In this document: piece after piece, positions 10,319 through 21,095 of the stretch
Layout: every line of letters starts with the position of its first letter
How positions within the stretch are numbered: the first letter of the stretch is position 1
NCBI GenBank assembly: GCA_947172705.1
Contig: CAMWCA010000010.1
Span: forward strand, 353 to 64,352
DNA from: an uncultured Lachnospiraceae bacterium
GTDB lineage: Bacteria > Bacillota > Clostridia > Lachnospirales > Lachnospiraceae
DNA: 64,000 bases
Reading direction: 5' to 3'
The notes under the pieces: generated by a model
What the model saw: only the letters and a program-made list of their open reading frames with translations
Database searches by the model: none
What the model was told of the DNA's origin: nothing
Made by a program: the position numbers and the translations under genes

Positions 10319-11856
10319 TGATGGCAAGGGTAATTATGATTCAGGGAACCATGTCAAATGCAGGGAAAAGTTTTCTGGTTGCCGGACTTTGCCGGATCAT
10401 GCACAGAGACGGATACCGGGTGGCTCCCTTTAAATCCCAGAATATGGCGCTGAATTCCTATATCACGGAGGAAGGGCTTGAGATGGGAAGGGCACAGGTC
10501 ATGCAGGCGGAGGCAGCGGGTATAAAGCCCATGGTCTGCATGAACCCAATTTTGTTAAAGCCCACAAACCATACCGGTTCCCAGGTCATTGTAAATGGCG
10601 AAGTTTTGGGGAATATGAGCGCAAGGGATTATTTTGCCTATAAAAAGAAGCTGATTCCGGATATCATGGGGGCATTTCGGAAGTTGACGGAATATGCGGA
10701 TATTATCGTGGTGGAGGGTGCGGGCAGCCCTGCGGAGATCAACCTGCGGGAAAATGACATTGTAAATATGGGGCTTGCCCAGATGATCGACGCCCCGGTG
10801 CTTCTTGTGGGAGATATTGACAGGGGCGGTGTGTTTGCCCAGCTTTTGGGAACCCTTATGCTGCTTACAAAAAAGGAGAAGGAAAGAGTAAAGGGGATGA
10901 TCATCAATAAATTCAGAGGAGACGCCTCTTTGCTGGATTCCGGTATTGCCATACTGGAACAAAAGGGCGGTGTTCCGGTCATGGGCGTGGTTCCTTATAT
11001 GGATGTTGCACTGGAGGATGAGGACAGCCTGACGCAGCGGTTTGATCAGAGAAAGAAAGGCTGTATCGATCTTGCGGTGATCCGCTACCCCAGAATATCC
11101 AATTTCACGGACTTTAATGTCTTTGAACAGTCGCCCCTTGTATCCGTCCGCTATGTCACCCATGCATCCCAGTTGAACCATCCGGATATGGTCATTCTTC
11201 CCGGAAGTAAGAATACCATGGGGGATCTGAAATGGATGCGTGAAAATGGCATGGAAGCAGCGGTGAAAAAGCTGGCGGTTCAAATTCCGGTCTTTGGGAT
11301 CTGCGGCGGCTATCAGATGTTGGGGGAATGGCTCTCTGACCCGGAAGGAGTGGAGGAGGGAGGAAGTCTTCAGGGAATGGGGCTGCTTCCCGTGCATACC
11401 CGGATGGGGGAAGAAAAGGTGCGCTGCGTAGCGGAAGGCAGAATCAATCCCGTGGGAGGGGTTCTTAAGAGGATCTCGGGAATGGCATACGCAGGATATG
11501 AGATCCATATGGGGCAGTCAGAGCTTGTGGAAGCCAAACAGCCTTGTGCGAAGGAAAAATCTGCCCCGCAACAGGAAGGGGCAGGCGCCCGGATGCTGCA
11601 GAAGGATATGGATGTTGTGATCAACAGGCACAATGTGTATGGAACCTATCTTCACGGGATTTTTGATAAGGGCGAAACTGCTGCCGCAGTGATCGGAGCC
11701 CTTGGGGATCAAAAGGGAATCGGTCCGGCGGGGATCAGTCTTGAGGACTATAGCAGTTTGAAAGAAAAGCAGTATGACAAGCTGGCAGATATCCTGGGGG
11801 AATATCTGAATATGGAGAAAATTTATGGAATGCTTCGGGAAGCTCAATTCAAATAG
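10318..11856 (+). CDS. cbiP: Cobyric acid synthase
   Basis: [52 protein letters not shown]. Confidence 0.97.
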   Translation: MMARVIMIQGTMSNAGKSFLVAGLCRIMHRDGYRVAPFKSQNMALNSYITEEGLEMGRAQVMQAEAAGIKPMVCMNPILLKPTNHTGSQVIVNGEVLGNMSARDYFAYKKKLIPDIMGAFRKLTEYADIIVVEGAGSPAEINLRENDIVNMGLAQMIDAPVLLVGDIDRGGVFAQLLGTLMLLTKKEKERVKGMIINKFRGDASLLDSGIAILEQKGGVPVMGVVPYMDVALEDEDSLTQRFDQRKKGCIDLAVIRYPRISNFTDFNVFEQSPLVSVRYVTHASQLNHPDMVILPGSKNTMGDLKWMRENGMEAAVKKLAVQIPVFGICGGYQMLGEWLSDPEGVEEGGSLQGMGLLPVHTRMGEEKVRCVAEGRINPVGGVLKRISGMAYAGYEIHMGQSELVEAKQPCAKEKSAPQQEGAGARMLQKDMDVVINRHNVYGTYLHGIFDKGETAAAVIGALGDQKGIGPAGISLEDYSSLKEKQYDKLADILGEYLNMEKIYGMLREAQFK

Positions 11857-12934
11857 GAAGACAAATACAGGTACATTGGAAGCCTTGCTGGAACTGAAAA
11901 TTGACAGACCGGATGAAGAGATCCGCAGAAAGGTTCTTGCAAACTGGGATCGAGTGGCAAAGCCGTTAAACGGCATGGGGAGATTTGAAGCTCTGATCGC
12001 CCGGATCGGGGCAGCCTGCCGCATGGAAAAACCGGATATTACGAAAAAGGCTGTCATTATCATGTGTGCCGACAACGGAATTGTTGCAGAGGGGATCAGT
12101 CAGTCGGGGCAGGAGGTTACGCTGGCAGTGGCAAAAAATATGGCAAAGAAAAGATCCTCGGTGGGAAGGATGGCGGAGCAGATCGGTGCAGATACCATTC
12201 CGGTAGACATCGGCATGAACTGTAAAGAAAGAATACCGGGGATATTGGATCGAAAAATCCGGTGCGGGACAAGGAATTTTAACGAGGAACCGGCAATGAC
12301 GCAGGCAGAAGCCCTGAAAGCGATCTTTACCGGAATTGAGCTGGCGGCGGACTGTAAAAAAAAGGGATACAGGATTCTTGCCACAGGGGAGATGGGAATC
12401 GGGAATACCACTACCAGCAGCGCTGTGGCGGCGGCGCTTCTTGACTGTGATGTTTCCAAAGTCACAGGGAGAGGGGCAGGGCTTTGTGATGAAAAGCTGG
12501 CGCACAAGCGCCAGGTTATTGCCCGGGCGCTTGAACGGTATCATTTAAGAGGGAAAACAGCTCTTACGGTTCTGGAGACAGTGGGAGGCTTTGACATAGG
12601 CGGCCTTGCAGGGGTCTGTATGGGCGGTGCGCTTTTTCATATACCGGTGGTGTTAGACGGGGTGATCAGTATGGTAGCGGCGCTTCTGGCGGAGCGGATT
12701 CTTCCGGGGACTTGTGCGTATCTGATCCCCTCCCATAAGGGGAAAGAGCCTGCGATGGAAAAAATCTGTCAGGAATTGGGGCTTAGACCGGTGATCCAGG
12801 GAGAAATGGCTCTGGGGGAAGGAACGGGGGCGGTGATGATGCTGTCACTTCTTGATTTGGCGCTGGCTGTTTATCAGGATGGGGCGACTTTTTCTGATAT
12901 ACAGGTAGCCCAATACGAAAAATATGAGGGATAG
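11825..12934 (+). CDS. cobT: Nicotinate-nucleotide:dimethylbenzimidazole phosphoribosyltransferase (start uncertain)
   Basis: [25 protein letters not shown]. Confidence 0.95.
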   Translation: MECFGKLNSNRKTNTGTLEALLELKIDRPDEEIRRKVLANWDRVAKPLNGMGRFEALIARIGAACRMEKPDITKKAVIIMCADNGIVAEGISQSGQEVTLAVAKNMAKKRSSVGRMAEQIGADTIPVDIGMNCKERIPGILDRKIRCGTRNFNEEPAMTQAEALKAIFTGIELAADCKKKGYRILATGEMGIGNTTTSSAVAAALLDCDVSKVTGRGAGLCDEKLAHKRQVIARALERYHLRGKTALTVLETVGGFDIGGLAGVCMGGALFHIPVVLDGVISMVAALLAERILPGTCAYLIPSHKGKEPAMEKICQELGLRPVIQGEMALGEGTGAVMMLSLLDLALAVYQDGATFSDIQVAQYEKYEG

Positions 12935-12938
12935 GGCT

Positions 12939-13496
12939 ATGATGGTTTTAGTGATCGGGGGAAGCGGGAGCGGGAAGTCGCTCTGGTCGGAGAATTATAT
13001 GGCATCGTTTTCCGGGCAGAAGTATTATCTTGCCACCATGCGGGCTTATGATAAGGAAACCGAAAAGCGGATTCAAAGGCACAGGCTGCAGAGGAGAGGC
13101 AAAGGCTTTTTCACCATAGAGCAGCCGATAGATATCCAAAGGGCGGCAGACCAAATGGAATATGGAAAAGGAGCGGCTTTGCTGGAATGTATCTCAAACC
13201 TTACGGCAAATGAAATGTTTCAGGAAAGGGAAACGGTCAGGGAAGAGGCAGTGGCGGAAAAGGTTGTAAGGGGGATTGCTTCATTAAAAGAGGAATTTAA
13301 CCCCCTTGTCGTTATAAGCAACAATGTTTTTGAGGACGGAAGGGTTTATGAGGATACCACGATGGCTTATATCCGCGCCATGGGTCGGATCAATCGGGAG
13401 CTGGCGGCTATGGCGGATAAGGTGGTGGAAGTAGTGGTCGGCATTCCCATTCTGCTCAAAGAAGAACCGGGAGGTGCTGTCTTATGCACATTTTAA
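12939..13496 (+). CDS. cobU: Adenosylcobinamide kinase / GDP-cobinamide guanylyltransferase
   Basis: GGSGSGKS, YLATM, RI.RHR..R, VVVGIP. Confidence 0.9.
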   Translation: MMVLVIGGSGSGKSLWSENYMASFSGQKYYLATMRAYDKETEKRIQRHRLQRRGKGFFTIEQPIDIQRAADQMEYGKGAALLECISNLTANEMFQERETVREEAVAEKVVRGIASLKEEFNPLVVISNNVFEDGRVYEDTTMAYIRAMGRINRELAAMADKVVEVVVGIPILLKEEPGGAVLCTF

Positions 13497-14242
13497 AATC
13501 CTTTGTCATTGCTTTTTCTGTTTATTCTGCAATCCCTGTTCCGCAGTTTGCATGGGAAGAAAAGGATATGAAGTATATGCTTTGCTTTTTCCCGTGGGTG
13601 GGAGCGGTGACGGGAATCTGTTTTTATCTCTGGAATGTCCTGTGCCTGCGGCTGGCGGTTGGCAATTTATGCCGTACGATGGTGGGGACGGCAATTCCCC
13701 TTGTTGTGACAGGGGGATTTCATGTGGACGGCTTTATGGACACCATGGATGCGCTTCATTCTTATGGGACGAAAGAAAAGAAGCTGGAAATTTTAAAGGA
13801 TTCTCACATTGGGGCATTTGCGGTGATCATGCTTGCGGTATACGGGCTGCTTTATCTGGGAGCGTATTCGGAGGTGGGCAGCGAAAAGCTTTTGAGGGTA
13901 CTGGGGGGAGGCTTCTTCTTATCCCGGTGCCTGAGCGGACTTGGTGTCGTCTCTTTTCCGCCGGCAAAAAAGGAAGGGATGCTATATCGCTTTGCAGACA
14001 GTTCTCAGAAGGGTATTGTGAAATGGTCTTTATGCTTGCAAGGAGTATGCTGTATGGGTTTTATGCTCTGGCAGTCTCCCGGGGCGGCGGCTGTGATCGG
14101 GGCGGCATTGCTTTGTTTTTTCTATTATTATTGGCGGAGTAAAAAGGAATTTGGCGGCGTTACAGGCGATACGGCGGGCTTTTTTGTCCTGGCTTGTGAG
14201 GGGAGCATGATGTTTGTGGCTGCGGTTATGGAGATAGTATGA
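13484..14242 (+). CDS. cobS: Cobalamin synthase
   Basis: TGGFHVDGFMDTMD, ILKDSHIGAF, FGGVTGDT.G. Confidence 0.95.
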   Translation: MHILKSFVIAFSVYSAIPVPQFAWEEKDMKYMLCFFPWVGAVTGICFYLWNVLCLRLAVGNLCRTMVGTAIPLVVTGGFHVDGFMDTMDALHSYGTKEKKLEILKDSHIGAFAVIMLAVYGLLYLGAYSEVGSEKLLRVLGGGFFLSRCLSGLGVVSFPPAKKEGMLYRFADSSQKGIVKWSLCLQGVCCMGFMLWQSPGAAAVIGAALLCFFYYYWRSKKEFGGVTGDTAGFFVLACEGSMMFVAAVMEIV

Positions 14243-14622
14243 AACTTGTTATTGGAGGATATGCGCAGGGAAAGCTTGCGTTTGTAGCTGGACGCTGCAA
14301 AGCGGCGGGGTGCAGGGTATGGGACGGTGAACTGCCGAAAGAGGCGGATGCCGGAGCGGAAGTGGTGGTCATTGACCATTTTCATAATTGGATAAAGAGC
14401 TGTATGGCAAGGGGCGGATGCCCGGAGACGGAAACAGAGGCATTCCTGGAGAACTTTCCGGATTGCGTGATCATCAGTGATGAAATTGGAAACGGTATTG
14501 TGCCGGCGGAGGCGTTTGAGAGAGAGTACAGGGAGCGGACAGGAAGAATCCTTGTGGAATTGGCAGGGAAGGCGGAGGAAGTGGTGCGTGTGATATGCGG
14601 AATCGGACAGAGAATCAAATAA
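14239..14622 (+). CDS. Short CobU-like protein
   Basis: GGYAQGK, DEIGNGIVP...EREYRE..GR, V.RVICGI. Confidence 0.8.
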   Translation: MKLVIGGYAQGKLAFVAGRCKAAGCRVWDGELPKEADAGAEVVVIDHFHNWIKSCMARGGCPETETEAFLENFPDCVIISDEIGNGIVPAEAFEREYRERTGRILVELAGKAEEVVRVICGIGQRIK

Positions 14623-15212
14623 CCCTTGTGATGATCAGGCATGGGGGGACGTGGTCCAATCAGGAACACAGATACTTGGGGAAAACAGAGGAACCTCTCT
14701 CTGAGCAGGGGATAAAGGAGCTGCTATTGTATAAAGAGCGGGGAGAATACCCGGAGGTTGACGCACTGTTTACAAGCCCTATGAAAAGATGTGTGCAGAC
14801 GGCAGGGATTCTTTATCCGACCCTTGCACCGGTCTGTATAGAAGAATGGACGGAGATAGATTTTGGTGCATTTGAAGGGAAAAACTACAGGGAACTGCAG
14901 GGGGATGCGCGCTATCAGAGGTGGATTGACAGTAACGGTGCCCTTCCCTTTCCGGAGGGGGAGAGCAGGGAGGCTTTTATGCAGCGTTGTGAGGCAGGGG
15001 TTGAAAAAATGATAAGGCAGATCCGTCAGACAAAGGGTGAAATGCCAAAGGCAGTGGGGATGGTAGTGCATGGCGGCACAATCATGTCGCTGCTTTCCCG
15101 ATACCTGGGCGGGGATTATTTCAGCTATCAGGCAGAAAACGGAAAGGGATATGTCTGCAGCTGTCATTGGGGAAATGCCGGGTTAAAGCTGACAGGGGCA
15201 GCGAAGCGATAG
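14595..15212 (+). CDS. cobC: Histidine phosphatase (alpha-ribazole phosphatase)
   Basis: RHG, SP..RC.QTA, E.DFG.FEG, GES, HGG. Confidence 0.85.
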   Translation: MRNRTENQITLVMIRHGGTWSNQEHRYLGKTEEPLSEQGIKELLLYKERGEYPEVDALFTSPMKRCVQTAGILYPTLAPVCIEEWTEIDFGAFEGKNYRELQGDARYQRWIDSNGALPFPEGESREAFMQRCEAGVEKMIRQIRQTKGEMPKAVGMVVHGGTIMSLLSRYLGGDYFSYQAENGKGYVCSCHWGNAGLKLTGAAKR

Positions 15213-15228
15213 CGGTTCGAAAGGAAGA

Positions 15229-16311
15229 GTGGAAATGAGATATCACATCATCGCATTTTTTACAGGTTTTTTGTTGGATATGATGCTGGGAGATCCTTAT
15301 TTTCTCCCCCATCCCGTCCGGCTGCTGGGAAGCCTGATTAAAAAAACGGAAACTTCTTTCCGGGAAAATCATTTCCGGGAAGTAAGTTTAAGGAACGGTG
15401 GAAGCAGGCAAGGCGGAAAAAAGAAAAGCGGTAAGGCGCAGAATACAGACCCGGAGCAGAAACAGCAGAAGCGGAATCCGGAAAAGGAATTGCGGCTGGG
15501 GATATGGCTTGTGGTCATTGTCACCTTTGCGGCGCCGGCGGCAGCGGCGCTTGTGCTGTTACCGGCTTATCTGCTCCATCCCTGGATCGGGGCGGCTGCG
15601 GAAGCGATTATGACGTATCAGATTCTTGCCGCAAAGAGTCTGAAAGTGGAAAGCATGAAGGTGTACCGATGCCTGAAAAGCTCTGATCCGGAGGGGGCAC
15701 GGATGGCTGTTTCCATGATCGTAGGCAGAGATACCAAATGCCTTGACGAGGAGGGAATTGCCAGGGCGGCAATCGAGACGGTGGCGGAGAATACTTCTGA
15801 CGGGGTGATTGCACCCATGCTGTATACAGCGGTGGGAGGTCCGGTATTGGGGTTCTGGTATAAGGCGGTCAATACATTGGATTCCATGGTGGGGTATAAG
15901 AATGAGAAGTATTTCTATTTCGGAAGGGCGGCTGCAAGGCTGGATGACGGGGCAAATTATATCCCGGCAAGGATCAGCGCATATCTTATGATTTTGGCTG
16001 CTTATATAGGCGGAAAGCAATTTTCAGGAAAAGGAGCATTAACTGTTTACAGGAGAGACAGAAGGAAACATGCAAGCCCCAATTCCGCCCAGACAGAATC
16101 GGTGTGCGCGGGAGCGTTGGGGATACGGCTTGCCGGGGATGCCAGTTATTTCGGAAAAGTAGTAAAGAAACCGTATATCGGGGATGCCCTGGGTAAAGTG
16201 GAATTTGAAGATATCAGGTCTGTAAACCGACTGATGTATCTGACAGCGTGGCTGGGAGAGATTCTCTGTCTGCTTTTTATGGTCAGTATGGAGATTTTGG
16301 CTGGAAGCTGA
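15229..16311 (+). CDS. cbiB: Adenosylcobinamide-phosphate synthase
   Basis: GDP...HPV, IVGRDT, ETVAENTSDG, NTLDSMVGY, SPNS. Confidence 0.96.
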   Translation: MEMRYHIIAFFTGFLLDMMLGDPYFLPHPVRLLGSLIKKTETSFRENHFREVSLRNGGSRQGGKKKSGKAQNTDPEQKQQKRNPEKELRLGIWLVVIVTFAAPAAAALVLLPAYLLHPWIGAAAEAIMTYQILAAKSLKVESMKVYRCLKSSDPEGARMAVSMIVGRDTKCLDEEGIARAAIETVAENTSDGVIAPMLYTAVGGPVLGFWYKAVNTLDSMVGYKNEKYFYFGRAAARLDDGANYIPARISAYLMILAAYIGGKQFSGKGALTVYRRDRRKHASPNSAQTESVCAGALGIRLAGDASYFGKVVKKPYIGDALGKVEFEDIRSVNRLMYLTAWLGEILCLLFMVSMEILAGS

Positions 16312-16344
16312 GTCGCTGCAGGCGCGGTTTTGGGAGGAGATTTT

Positions 16345-17526
16345 ATGGAAGGGATACATGGAACAGTGCAAACAGGTCTGCGCACTTGCTGCGCTGACCG
16401 TGAGGAAACGATGGATTGCCAGTGTGGGTTCCCTCGCCGCAGGCGATTTGGAATGAACCCACACGATGCCGGTACGGACTTGACCGGACCGGCAGGAATA
16501 CATGGAGGGGATATCTACAGGAATCAGGTAATCCTTGATTTTTCTGTCAATGTAAATCCCCTTGGCATACCGGAGGCGGTAAAGGCGGCTTTGCATAAAG
16601 CAGTGGAAAATTGTGACAGGTATCCGGATATTGCCGGGGAAGAACTGAAAAGGTCGGTCGGCAAAATGCTGGAAGTACCGGAGGAATATCTGCTTTTCGG
16701 CAACGGTGCGTCAGAACTGCTTATGGCATGCGTCCATGGAATCAGACCGAAACGGACGGTGATACCGGTACCCTCCTTTTATGGGTATGAATATGCAGCC
16801 GGGGCAGCCAGCGGGGAGATCGTTTATTATGGAATGAGAGAAGAAAATGGGTTTCGGCTTGGAGAGGAGTTTTTTTCGGTACTGACGCAGGATACCGGAT
16901 TGTTGTTTATAGCAAATCCGGGAAATCCCTTTGGAACGCTGATGAGCAGGGAGTATTTGAGAAAACTGTTGTCCTATTGCAGAGAGCGGGGAATCTATGT
17001 GGTATTGGATGAATGCTTTATTGAATTCTGCGAGGAAAACAGTTCTTTGGTTGACGGGATCGAAGAGCATGAGAACCTGATTCTTGTCAGAGCTTTTACA
17101 AAAATATTTGCCATTCCCGGGGTGCGGATCGGATATCTTATCTGCTCCGACAGACAGCTCCTTGAAAGGATAGCAGGGCAGCTTCCGGAGTGGAATCTTT
17201 CCGTTTTCGCCCAGGCGGCAGGAAGGGCGTGTGCCGTACAGAAGGAGTTTCTGCTTAAAACGGCAGGCTATGTGGCAAAAGAAAGACAGTTTCTGGCGCA
17301 GGGGCTTAAAAAGAGCGGCATCCGTGTGGTTTCCGGGGAGGCAAATTTCCTGCTGGTTTACACCAGGGCAAATTTGTATGAAAAATTGCTGGAGAAAGGC
17401 ATTTTGATTCGGGATTGTGAGAATTACAGGGGATTGTCAAAAGGGTTTTATCGGATTGCAGTCAAAAGCAGGGAAGAGAATGAACTATTATTAAAGGCGA
17501 TAGAAGAATGCGCCGGGGAGGGATAA
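16345..17526 (+). CDS. cobD: L-threonine-O-3-phosphate decarboxylase with a 48-aa N-terminal insertion
   Basis: HGG, DFSVNVNPLG, GNGASE, NP.NP.G, DECF, FTKIFAIPGVRIG; RBS GGAGG before ATG 16345. Confidence 0.9.
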   Translation: MEGIHGTVQTGLRTCCADREETMDCQCGFPRRRRFGMNPHDAGTDLTGPAGIHGGDIYRNQVILDFSVNVNPLGIPEAVKAALHKAVENCDRYPDIAGEELKRSVGKMLEVPEEYLLFGNGASELLMACVHGIRPKRTVIPVPSFYGYEYAAGAASGEIVYYGMREENGFRLGEEFFSVLTQDTGLLFIANPGNPFGTLMSREYLRKLLSYCRERGIYVVLDECFIEFCEENSSLVDGIEEHENLILVRAFTKIFAIPGVRIGYLICSDRQLLERIAGQLPEWNLSVFAQAAGRACAVQKEFLLKTAGYVAKERQFLAQGLKKSGIRVVSGEANFLLVYTRANLYEKLLEKGILIRDCENYRGLSKGFYRIAVKSREENELLLKAIEECAGEG

Positions 17527-17527
17527 C

Positions 17528-18178
17528 TTGGACAGATTAAGCGGGATAGAACATCTAAAACCGGAGGAAATTGAGAGAAAAAGCTTTGAGATTATTTCGG
17601 CAGAGCTTGCAGGGCGGGGGATCACGCTTCCGACATCCGAGGAAATGGTTACGAAGAGGGTGATCCATACCAGTGCGGATTTTGATTATGCAAAGACCAT
17701 GACCTATTCTGAAAACGCGGTGGAAATTGCCGGAAAGCTTCTGCTTGGCGGTGCGGATATTGTGACAGATACCAATATGGCGTTGTCCGGAATCAACAAA
17801 AAAATCCTTGCAAGGCTGGGCGGAGAAGCACACTGTTTTATGGCGGATGAGGATGTGGCAAGGCAGGCTGGGCAGCAGGGCAGAACCAGGGCGGCGGTCA
17901 GCATGGAAAAAGCGGCAAAGATCAGGAAACCTGTTATTTTTGCCATCGGCAATGCCCCTACTGCGCTGATACAGTTGTATGAAATGATACAGGGAGGATA
18001 TTTTAAGCCGGCTTTTGTAATCGGAGTCCCGGTAGGATTTGTAAATGTGGAGGCGGCAAAGGAGATGATTATGGAGACGGGAGTTCCTTATATTGTGAAC
18101 CGGGGCAGAAAAGGGGGCAGTAATATTGCTGCCGCCATATGTAATGGGATTTTGTACGGGCTGGTACAAGGGAGATAA
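17528..18178 (+). CDS. cbiC: Cobalt-precorrin-8 methylmutase
   Basis: IE.KSF.II, RVIHTSADF, IGNAPTAL, PVGFV, GRKGGS. Confidence 0.97.
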   Translation: MDRLSGIEHLKPEEIERKSFEIISAELAGRGITLPTSEEMVTKRVIHTSADFDYAKTMTYSENAVEIAGKLLLGGADIVTDTNMALSGINKKILARLGGEAHCFMADEDVARQAGQQGRTRAAVSMEKAAKIRKPVIFAIGNAPTALIQLYEMIQGGYFKPAFVIGVPVGFVNVEAAKEMIMETGVPYIVNRGRKGGSNIAAAICNGILYGLVQGR

Positions 18179-18181
18179 TTT

Positions 18182-19300
18182 ATGCGGCATGGGTTTACAA
18201 CGGGGAGCTGTGCGGCGGCAGCGGCAAAAGCGGCGGCGTATATGCTCTTGACGGGAAAAATAAAAACTGAGATTGCCATAGAAACGCCAAAGGGAATTCC
18301 TTACCGGGCAAAGATTCTTGATATTACGCGAAAAGAGGATAGGGTAAGCTGCGGAGTGGAAAAAGACGGCGGGGATGACCCGGATGTGACCACCGGCACA
18401 CGGATTTATGCAAAGGTTTCTTTTGCAGAAGAAAACCGGCAGGAGATATCTATTGACGGCGGTATGGGGGTAGGAAGGGTGACGAAGCCGGGGCTGGACC
18501 AGCCGATAGGAAATGCGGCAATCAATCATGTTCCCAGAGAGATGATCCGGAAGGAGGTGCTGGAGGTCTGCCGAATTGCAGATTACAGGGGAAGCCTTAA
18601 GGTGGAGATTTCCGTGCCGGAGGGAGAGCGGCTGGCCGCGCAGACCTTCAATCCCAGACTTGGTATTCTGGGAGGCATTTCCATCTTGGGGACAAGCGGA
18701 ATCGTGGAGCCTATGAGCAGCCAGGCCATTCTGGATACCATCAGGGTGGAGTTGAATCAGAGAAGGGCGCAGGGCTTTCACTATGCGGCAATCACGCCGG
18801 GAAATTACGGGCAGGAATTTATGAAGCGTTCTTACGGATATGATCTGGATCGGAGCGTGAAGTGCAGTAACTTTATCGGAGATACCGTTGATATGGCAGT
18901 GGAGCTTGGATTTTCCGGAATCCTTTTAACCGGGCATATCGGGAAGCTGATCAAAGTGGCGGGCGGAATTATGAATACCCATTCCAGGGAGGCGGATGCC
19001 CGGATGGAGCTGCTTACCGCATTTGCCATAAGAGAGGGAGCGGAGCCGGAGCAGTGCCGCAGGATATTGGAGTGCGTGACCACGGAAGAAGCGGTGGCTG
19101 TGCTTGCGGAAAACGGAAAAGACCGTCCGGTCATGGAATATGTGGCGGAGCGTATTTGCTATTATCTGGAAAAGCGCTCAGGAGGAAATTTAAAGATCGA
19201 TTGTGTTCTGTATTCCAATGAATACGGGGAACTGGCAAGGAGTAAGGGGGCGGAAGAATGGTTTATTTTGTTGGCGCAGGATGCGGAGCGGCAGATTTGA
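18182..19300 (+). CDS. cbiD: Cobalt-precorrin-5B C1-methyltransferase
   Basis: GFTTGSCAAAA, KDGGDDPDVT, TFNPRLGI.GGISILGT, GHIGKL. Confidence 0.97.
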   Translation: MRHGFTTGSCAAAAAKAAAYMLLTGKIKTEIAIETPKGIPYRAKILDITRKEDRVSCGVEKDGGDDPDVTTGTRIYAKVSFAEENRQEISIDGGMGVGRVTKPGLDQPIGNAAINHVPREMIRKEVLEVCRIADYRGSLKVEISVPEGERLAAQTFNPRLGILGGISILGTSGIVEPMSSQAILDTIRVELNQRRAQGFHYAAITPGNYGQEFMKRSYGYDLDRSVKCSNFIGDTVDMAVELGFSGILLTGHIGKLIKVAGGIMNTHSREADARMELLTAFAIREGAEPEQCRRILECVTTEEAVAVLAENGKDRPVMEYVAERICYYLEKRSGGNLKIDCVLYSNEYGELARSKGAEEWFILLAQDAERQI

Positions 19301-20019
19301 TTACAGTCAGGGGAATGCGGCTGCTCTCTCAGGCGGAAGTAATTGTTTATGCGGGTTCTCTGGTAAATCCGGAACTGCTTGCCTATGCAAAGGAAGGGTG
19401 CGAGATATATAACAGTGCAAAGCTGACCCTTGAGGAAGTGATTGCTGTTATGAAAAGGGCACAGGATGGTGGAAAGATGTTGGTCCGGCTGCATACCGGA
19501 GACGCCAGTGTTTATGGGGCGGTCAGGGAGCAGATGGATGAACTTGACAGGCTGGGAATCCCTTATGAGAGCTGCCCGGGGGTGAGTGCCTGTTTTGGGG
19601 CGGCGGCTTCCTTAAATCTGGAATATACCCTGCCCGGGGTTTCCCAATCCCTGATTATTACGCGAATGGAAGGGAAAACAAAGGTGCCGGAAAAAGAGCG
19701 GATTGAGAGCCTTGCAGTGCATCAGGCATCCATGGCGATTTATTTAAGCACCGGAATGCTGGAGGAACTCAGTAAAAGGCTGATTGCGGGCGGATACCGG
19801 AAGGATACGCCCGCCGCCCTTGTCTATAAGGCAACATGGCCGGAAGAGGAAGCCTATCTCTGTACGGTGGGAACGCTGTATGAGACGGCCGGAGAGCATG
19901 GCATTACCAAAACGGCGCTGGTACTGGTGGGAGATGTAGTCACGCATCAGCATTACAGCCGGTCCAGACTGTATGCCCCGGATTTCTCCACGGAGTTTCG
20001 GGATCGGAGGCTGACATGA
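19258..20019 (+). CDS. cbiF: Cobalt-precorrin-4 C11-methyltransferase
   Basis: FVGAG.G..DLITVRG, YAGSLV, RLHTGD, SRLY...F. Confidence 0.96.
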   Translation: MVYFVGAGCGAADLITVRGMRLLSQAEVIVYAGSLVNPELLAYAKEGCEIYNSAKLTLEEVIAVMKRAQDGGKMLVRLHTGDASVYGAVREQMDELDRLGIPYESCPGVSACFGAAASLNLEYTLPGVSQSLIITRMEGKTKVPEKERIESLAVHQASMAIYLSTGMLEELSKRLIAGGYRKDTPAALVYKATWPEEEAYLCTVGTLYETAGEHGITKTALVLVGDVVTHQHYSRSRLYAPDFSTEFRDRRLT

Positions 20020-21095
20020 AAATAAGTATCATCAGTTTTACACGCAGCGGAAGAATGCTTGCGGGGCGGCTTGCAAAGGAATTGGCAGAGACGGATAAAA
20101 TGGAAATCCAGCTATATACGAAATACAGGGGATATCTTGATGAGGAAAAACAACGGGAATCGGTACTGTTTGTGGAGGGCTCGGTAGGCGAATGGGCAAA
20201 GGCGCAGCTGCAGGAGAAAAATGCCACGCTGTTTATAGGAGCCTGCGGCATTGCGGTCAGGGCAGTCGCCCCGTATCTGACGGATAAGCTTCATGATCCT
20301 GCGGTGCTTGTGATGGATGAGAAGGGGAAGTATGTGATTCCGATTCTTTCCGGGCATGTGGGCGGCGCCAATGGTCTGGCGGAGTTTCTGGCAGGAAAGA
20401 TGGGGGCGGAGCCGGTGATCACCACCGCAACAGATCTTGGCGGGAGGTTTGCAGTGGATCTGTTTGCCAAACGGAACAGGCTTTCTATTGTGAACAGAGA
20501 AGGGATCGGGGCGGTATCTGCAAAAGTATTGGCAGGAGAGAAGATTACGCTGTCCGTAGAGAAAGGTCATATCCAGGGGGACGCTTCCATACCGGAAGAG
20601 GTAAGGGTGACGGAATACCCGTCGGAGGAGGCGGCGGATGTAGCAGTTACTTCCCGGAAAGAAGGCGTGAGGGCGCAGCTGGTTTTAAGACCAAAGGAGT
20701 ATGTGGTTGGGCTGGGATGTAAAAAGGGGAAGGGGGATGAGGAGATGGAAAGCTTTATCTCTCGGAAGCTTAAGGAGCTGGACATTCTGCCAGAAGAAAT
20801 CTGGGCGGTTGCTTCTGTTTCGCTGAAAAAAGAGGAGCCGGGAATCCTTGCATGGTGCCGGAAAGAAAATATTCCTTTTCTTACTTATTCCCCCCAGGAG
20901 CTTATGGAGACGGAAGGGAAATTTACCGGTTCTTTGTTTGTGCAGGAGCAGGTGGGCGTTGACAATGTGTGTGAGCGGGCTGCCATGAAAGCCTGCGGTA
21001 TGGGCGGCAGGCTGATTGCCGGGAAATATGCAAAGGACGGAATGACCATTGCGGTTGCAAAGAGAGAATGGAGCGTGAATTTTGATGAAGAATGA
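20016..21095 (+). CDS. cbiG: Cobalt-precorrin-5A hydrolase
   Basis: GIAVR, DPAVLV.DE, LSGHVGGAN, ITTATD, GLGCKKG, NVCERAA. Confidence 0.95.
   Translation: MKISIISFTRSGRMLAGRLAKELAETDKMEIQLYTKYRGYLDEEKQRESVLFVEGSVGEWAKAQLQEKNATLFIGACGIAVRAVAPYLTDKLHDPAVLVMDEKGKYVIPILSGHVGGANGLAEFLAGKMGAEPVITTATDLGGRFAVDLFAKRNRLSIVNREGIGAVSAKVLAGEKITLSVEKGHIQGDASIPEEVRVTEYPSEEAADVAVTSRKEGVRAQLVLRPKEYVVGLGCKKGKGDEEMESFISRKLKELDILPEEIWAVASVSLKKEEPGILAWCRKENIPFLTYSPQELMETEGKFTGSLFVQEQVGVDNVCERAAMKACGMGGRLIAGKYAKDGMTIAVAKREWSVNFDEE

Noticed and set aside
10555..18781. Long antisense ORFs (10555-11508, 17555-18781 and similar)
   Set aside because: Shadows of well-supported plus-strand cob genes with no recognisable motifs.
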